Assembly (NCBI GenBank): GCA_947464275.1
Contig: CANHVU010000013.1
Location: forward strand, 22,219 to 86,218
Reading direction: 5' to 3'
Origin: Bacteroidota bacterium
GTDB taxonomy: Bacteria > Bacteroidota > Bacteroidia > UKL13-3
Length of the DNA stretch: 64,000 nt
In this document: in pieces, positions 60,066-64,000 of the stretch
Layout of the letters: each line of letters begins with the position of its first letter
How positions within the stretch are numbered: position 1 is the first letter of the stretch
Program-made: the position numbers and the translations under genes
Notes under the pieces: model-generated
Told to the model about the DNA's origin: nothing
The model's input: only the letters and a program-made list of their open reading frames with translations
Database searches by the model: none

Positions 60066-60569
60066 ATGAAAAATGAAACATTTTGGGTTTTTCTATTAGT
60101 TAATATGCTTTTATTAACTTCGTGTTATTCATACCATGCGCAGGTAGATAAAAGTTCAAAAAAGCTATTCAAGCAATCAAATAAACCAACTGCTTTTATT
60201 GTAAACAAAACCGAATTTCCTAATGAATTTAAGGTTTTAAAAAAATCAGAACTATACACCCTAATCAATGATAGTAATAGTTTACTAAAAATTAAGCTTC
60301 ATAAACAAATTCCTGTTCGTAGGTTTAATTGTTTCACCGGGCAAGCCACAGTATTACTTTTCACGCTAGGACAATTGCCTGTAAAAATGGAAAACAATCA
60401 ATATTTTAAATTAGAAGAAATAAAAAAAGATAGCTCAAAATTACTAGAATTTGAACTTAAAGTAGATACAAGAACTTGGTTTTGGGATATCCTTTCATGG
60501 CGAAAAAACTTTAATAAACAACTAGCATTATCATTACGAAACGAAAAAGTTTTACTCAACAAACCATAA
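60066..60569 (+). CDS. Hypothetical lipoprotein
   Basis: Lipobox LLLTSC at residues 16-21. No family recognised. Confidence 0.5.
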   Translation: MKNETFWVFLLVNMLLLTSCYSYHAQVDKSSKKLFKQSNKPTAFIVNKTEFPNEFKVLKKSELYTLINDSNSLLKIKLHKQIPVRRFNCFTGQATVLLFTLGQLPVKMENNQYFKLEEIKKDSSKLLEFELKVDTRTWFWDILSWRKNFNKQLALSLRNEKVLLNKP

Positions 60570-60571
60570 AA

Positions 60572-60603
60572 AAAGCTGTCTTTTTTAAAGACAGCTTTTT
60601 TTT
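60572..60603. terminator. Bidirectional terminator between the lipoprotein and rluB-like genes
   Basis: AAAGCTGTCTTT-ttt-AAAGACAGCTTT flanked by an A-run and a T-run. Confidence 0.75.
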
Positions 60604-60604
60604 A

Positions 60605-62389
60605 TTAGCCTAATTTAGCGGCTTTTCTTACCATTTTCAATTCTTTATCGGTTAACTCGCGCCATTCGCCACGCTTTAACTTCGATTTGGTTAAACCTGC
60701 ATAAGCTACTCTATCTAGTTTATCAACCAAATAACCCATGTGTTCAAACATTCTATGTACAATTCTATTACGTCCGCTATGAATCTCAACTCCAATTACG
60801 TCTTTTCTTTCTTCTTCAGAATAGGCTACAGCATCCGGTCTAATTGGGCCATCTTCAAGTTCTACTCCGCTTGCCAATTGCCACATATCGTTTTTGGTTA
60901 ATGGCTTGTTTAAAGTAGCTACATACACTTTTTCTACTTCAAACTTTGGATGTGTTAAACGTTGCGCCAAATCGCCATCGTTGGTTAAAAGTAATACACC
61001 CGTTGTGTTTCTATCTAATCTACCTACAGCAAAAACACGTTGCGCCAATTTACCTTCTATTAAATCAAAAACAGTGCTTCTACCTTCTGGGTCTTCCATG
61101 GTGGTTATGGCATCTTTAGGTTTATTCATTAAAATATAGATTTTATCTTCTACATTTAATCGTTGACCATTGTATCTAATATCGTCACCAGCTTTTACTT
61201 TGTAGCCCATTTCGGTAATTGCTTTTCCGTTGATGGTTACCAACCCTGCTTCAATTAAGGTATCAGCCTCTCTGCGGCTACAAATTCCGGCATTAGAAAT
61301 AAAACGATTCAGCCTTATTTCACCAAAGTTTAAATCCTCTTCGGCCGATTTTTTATTAACGCCTTTGTTTTTTTCTTCAACTAACTGCCTTTTTCTAACA
61401 GTTTTAAATTCGGCACTTTTCATTGGGGTTTTATTTCTGAACGATTTTGCATCTTCCGAAATTCCCTTTTTGTTAAATGTTTCCTTACTCGTTATATTAT
61501 CGGGTTTAGGCTGATAAGTTCTTACTATTTCCTCAAATTCTTCTTGCTCGGTGCGAGGCTTGGTGCCTTTTCTCAATGCAGAAGCTTTCTTTTCAAATCG
61601 GCCATTAGCAGGTTTATCTTTGCTAAATGAGCGACTATTTCCTGTTTTAGGTTTATCTGCAAATTTATCCTCACCAAACGATTTCTTTTTATCGTATGGT
61701 TTTTTATCGAAACCTTCTTTACTAAAACTTCCGCGTGTACTTGGCTTGCGTGGACTATCTGAAAACTTGTCTTCACCAAACGATTTCTTTTTATCGTATG
61801 GTTTTTTATCAAATCCTTCTTTGCTAAAACTTCCGCGTGTGCTTGGCTTGCGTGGACTATCTGAAAACTTGTCTTCACCAAACGATTTCTTTTTATCGTA
61901 TGGTTTTTTATCAAATCCATCTTTGCTAAAACTTCCGCGTGCGCTTGGCTTGCGTGGACTGTCTGAAAACTTGTCTTCACCAAACGATTTCTTTTTATCG
62001 TATGGTTTTTTATCAAATCCATCTTTGCTAAAACTTCCGCGTGCGCTTGGCTTGCGTGGACCGTCTGAAAACTTGTCTTCACCAAATGATTTCTTTTTGT
62101 CGTATGGTTTTTTGTCAAAACCGTCTTTGCTAAAACTTCCGCGTGTACTAGGTTTACGAGGGCTATCCGAAAACTTATCCTCACCAAACGATTTCTTTTT
62201 ATACGAAGGTTTATCATCGGCAAATTTTCCTTTACTTTCAAAAGGTTTTTTGCTTCCAAAACTTCCTGATTTACTGTAACTTGAATTGCTTTTTACCGAA
62301 CCGCTTCCTCCTCTTGATGTTGTTTTTTTAGCAGTAGGCTTACTTCCCACTCTCGAATCTCTTTTACTGCTATTATCTCTATTTTGCAT
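60605..62389 (-). CDS. rluB: RluB/RsuA-family 23S rRNA pseudouridine synthase with a ~340 aa low-complexity K/S/D/G-rich N-terminal extension containing tandem 34 aa repeats
   Basis: The C-terminal half has an S4 domain (NRFISNAGICSRREADTLIEAGLVTINGK) and the catalytic motif VGRLDRNTTGVLLLTNDGDLAQRL. The ORF track opens at TTG 62413; I prefer ATG 62389 (MQNRDNSS…), where a TAnnTTTG -7 box (TACTTTTG) sits ~26 nt upstream. Confidence 0.8.
   Translation of the reverse strand: MQNRDNSSKRDSRVGSKPTAKKTTSRGGSGSVKSNSSYSKSGSFGSKKPFESKGKFADDKPSYKKKSFGEDKFSDSPRKPSTRGSFSKDGFDKKPYDKKKSFGEDKFSDGPRKPSARGSFSKDGFDKKPYDKKKSFGEDKFSDSPRKPSARGSFSKDGFDKKPYDKKKSFGEDKFSDSPRKPSTRGSFSKEGFDKKPYDKKKSFGEDKFSDSPRKPSTRGSFSKEGFDKKPYDKKKSFGEDKFADKPKTGNSRSFSKDKPANGRFEKKASALRKGTKPRTEQEEFEEIVRTYQPKPDNITSKETFNKKGISEDAKSFRNKTPMKSAEFKTVRKRQLVEEKNKGVNKKSAEEDLNFGEIRLNRFISNAGICSRREADTLIEAGLVTINGKAITEMGYKVKAGDDIRYNGQRLNVEDKIYILMNKPKDAITTMEDPEGRSTVFDLIEGKLAQRVFAVGRLDRNTTGVLLLTNDGDLAQRLTHPKFEVEKVYVATLNKPLTKNDMWQLASGVELEDGPIRPDAVAYSEEERKDVIGVEIHSGRNRIVHRMFEHMGYLVDKLDRVAYAGLTKSKLKRGEWRELTDKELKMVRKAAKLG
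61640..62225. repeat. ~5.7 tandem copies of a 102 bp repeat (>90% identical) inside the rluB-like N-terminal extension
   Basis: The unit GAAAACTTGTCTTCACCAAACGATTTCTTTTTATCGTATGGTTTTTTATCAAATCC(T/A)TCTTTGCTAAAACTTCCGCGTG(T/C)GCTTGGCTTGCGTGGACT(A/G)TCT recurs at ~61679, 61781, 61883, 61985 and 62087, with partial copies at each end. It encodes …FSD(S/G)PRKPS(T/A)RGSFSK(D/E)GFDKKPYDKKKSFGEDK…. Confidence 0.85.
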
Positions 62390-62436
62390 ATTATTAAAAA
62401 AATATATTTGCAAAAGTAAGTTTATTTATAATAGTT

Positions 62437-63168
62437 TTGGCTAAAAGTTATCTTAGCCGCGATTTCAAAAAAATTCAAATGCAAAAAAGTACTTTAAATA
62501 AAATTGGTCAATATGGTTTAAAAACCTGCTATAGCATTCTTGCAGTAGCTTCATTTTACTATCTATGCTGTTTAGTTTTACCTTTAGTTCATGTAAATGC
62601 CGATTATTTATATAAAAATAAAGGTGTTTTAGTTTATGTGGCTGGCGATGGATTGCATAGCGAAATAATTGTTCCAGTAAAAAATGAGGTAACTGACTGG
62701 GAAACAGTTTTTAATAAAGCTGATTTTAATGGTGCTGCCGAAGGCAAACAATGGTTATGTATTGGTTTTACTGAAAAAAACTTTTACCGCACTAACCGCA
62801 GATGGGACGATATGAATTATTTATCGGCTTTTGGTCAACTTTGCGGTTTTGGCGAATCGGTGATGCATGTAAGTTATGAAAACGAGTACCCTTTCGATCG
62901 TAAATTTATTCGCAAAATTTATATAGGCGAAGAACAGTACGCTAAACTTTGCGAATTTATAAAAGGTAGTTTCACCCAAAATAATGGCGAAGCACTAGCA
63001 CCAATAATTAAAACCAATAATTTTAAAAAGGAAGTTATTTACGAAGCTCATAAGGAATTTAGCTTTTTCCATACTTGCAATACTTGGACAAACAATGCTT
63101 TAAAATCGTTTGGATTTAAAACTGGGTATTGGACAGCCTTAGAAGGAGGAATAAGAGAGCAATTTTAA
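62437..63168 (+). CDS. DUF2459 (TIGR02117)-like conserved hypothetical protein
   Basis: 243 aa with an N-terminal TM helix. The C-terminal HTCNTWTNNALKSFG resembles the CNTW motif of the DUF2459 family as I recall it. The true start may be ATG 62479. Confidence 0.45.
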   Translation: MAKSYLSRDFKKIQMQKSTLNKIGQYGLKTCYSILAVASFYYLCCLVLPLVHVNADYLYKNKGVLVYVAGDGLHSEIIVPVKNEVTDWETVFNKADFNGAAEGKQWLCIGFTEKNFYRTNRRWDDMNYLSAFGQLCGFGESVMHVSYENEYPFDRKFIRKIYIGEEQYAKLCEFIKGSFTQNNGEALAPIIKTNNFKKEVIYEAHKEFSFFHTCNTWTNNALKSFGFKTGYWTALEGGIREQF

Positions 63169-63186
63169 TTGCTCTCTTATTTTTAT
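63153..63186. terminator. Bidirectional terminator between the DUF2459 and era genes
   Basis: AAGAGAGCAATT-tt-AATTGCTCTCTT followed by ATTTTTATTT. It overlaps the DUF2459 stop codon. Confidence 0.75.
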
Positions 63187-63235
63187 TTATTATCAAAAAT
63201 TTTCTTTGTTAGTACAAAATCGGATAAGTTTTCAA

Positions 63236-64000
63236 TTACTTACCATCATTATCATAACCCCATTCTTTTAAAAGGTTATTATTATCGCGCCAGCCTTCTT
63301 TTACTTTAACGAAAGTTTGTAAGAACACTTGTTTACCAAAAAACTTTTCTAGGTCTCTACGCGCAGCTATACCCATGTTTTTAATGGCAATTCCCCCCTT
63401 GCCTATCATTATTTGTTTCTGCGAATCGCGCATTACATAAATAATGGCACTTATACGCAATAATTTTTCTTCATCTTTAAACGATTCAATTTCTACTTGA
63501 ACTGAATAAGGAATTTCTTCCTTGTAGCGAAGCAATATTTTTTCACGCAAAATTTCCGAAGCAATAAATCTTTCCGATTTATCAGTTACTTGGTCAGTTT
63601 CGTAAAAAGGTGCTCCTTCGGGCAAATAAGTTAACACACTTTTTAAAAGCATATCAATATTAAATTTATTAGATGCCGAAATAGGAACTACTTCTTTAAA
63701 ATCGACCTGGCTACGCCAAAATTCAATTTTTTTCATCACGCCATCATTATCGCTTTCATCAATTTTATTGATAATGCAAATAAGAGGTGCTTGAATAACC
63801 TTTAAGCGCTCAATTAGCTCAGGTTCTTCGTTTTTTTCATTAAAATCAGTTACAAACATAACCAAGTCAGCATCTTGCAAACTTTCGTTCACAAATTTCA
63901 TCATACTTCCTTGTAATTTATATTTTGGTTCAATAATTCCTGGAGTGTCAGAAAAAACAATTTGATACTCTGGTTGATTATAAATTCCCAAAATTCTATG
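63236..64000 (-). CDS. era: GTPase Era (partial; N-terminus beyond the window end)
   Basis: The G3 motif DTPG and G4 motif NKID are present. The C-terminal KH domain has IGKGG (IMIGKGGIAIKNMG). The ORF is open to the window edge. Confidence 0.8.
   Translation of the reverse strand, partial: HRILGIYNQPEYQIVFSDTPGIIEPKYKLQGSMMKFVNESLQDADLVMFVTDFNEKNEEPELIERLKVIQAPLICIINKIDESDNDGVMKKIEFWRSQVDFKEVVPISASNKFNIDMLLKSVLTYLPEGAPFYETDQVTDKSERFIASEILREKILLRYKEEIPYSVQVEIESFKDEEKLLRISAIIYVMRDSQKQIMIGKGGIAIKNMGIAARRDLEKFFGKQVFLQTFVKVKEGWRDNNNLLKEWGYDNDGK

Noticed and set aside
61551-62279. Long ORFs on the + strand (242 aa) and in a second - frame (228 aa) across the 102 bp tandem repeats
   Set aside because: They are frame artefacts of the repeat. 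Only the 60605..62389 frame continues into a conserved S4/pseudouridine synthase domain.

Overview
This is a low-GC (~35%) Bacteroidetes-type chromosomal segment. Proteins carrying type IX secretion system (T9SS) C-terminal sorting domains, a four-helix-bundle protein gene and the codon usage all point to a gliding Bacteroidetes. It is mostly core genome, with several very large secreted T9SS/adhesin-like proteins. No rRNA, tRNA or CRISPR array was found.

Recognisable genes and operons:
- trmN6-like tRNA methyltransferase
- type I pullulanase (GH13)
- a truncated phenylacetate epoxidase operon (TetR, paaA, paaB, paaC, paaD)
- polA
- mrdA and rodA
- miaA
- a fused alpha/beta E1 dehydrogenase
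- a 3-hydroxyacyl-CoA dehydrogenase
- udk
- gap
- a dicarboxylate/amino acid:cation symporter
- a sodium:solute-symporter-fused histidine kinase with its DUF4212 partner and a CheY-like receiver
- an acyl-CoA mutase large subunit
- a phosphohexomutase
- an o-succinylbenzoate synthase (OSBS)-like enzyme
- a GH3/beta-lactamase fusion
- rluB-like pseudouridine synthase
- era (partial, runs off the window end)

The regions I consider most worth a second look:
- A ~1.5 kb AT-rich islet at 50.2-51.9 kb. It holds two direct copies of a ~265 bp element bounded by 27 bp GC-rich terminal inverted repeats. The element looks like a miniature inverted-repeat transposable element (MITE), and the two copies bracket a small membrane-protein gene.
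- The paa operon. A four-helix-bundle protein gene flanked by ~19 bp inverted repeats sits between paaA and paaB. Related AAGATTACAA-core palindromes recur in every downstream spacer. paaE and paaK are absent from the window.
- A near-identical 102 bp tandem-repeat expansion (about 5.7 units) in the N-terminal extension of the RluB-like protein.
- A 1554 aa T9SS adhesin built of 13 tandem ~243 bp Ig-like repeats.
- A 1383 aa protein combining BNR, PKD, FN3 and dockerin-like domains.
- A protein-kinase-like-fold hypothetical protein next to a bacterial SET-domain methyltransferase.
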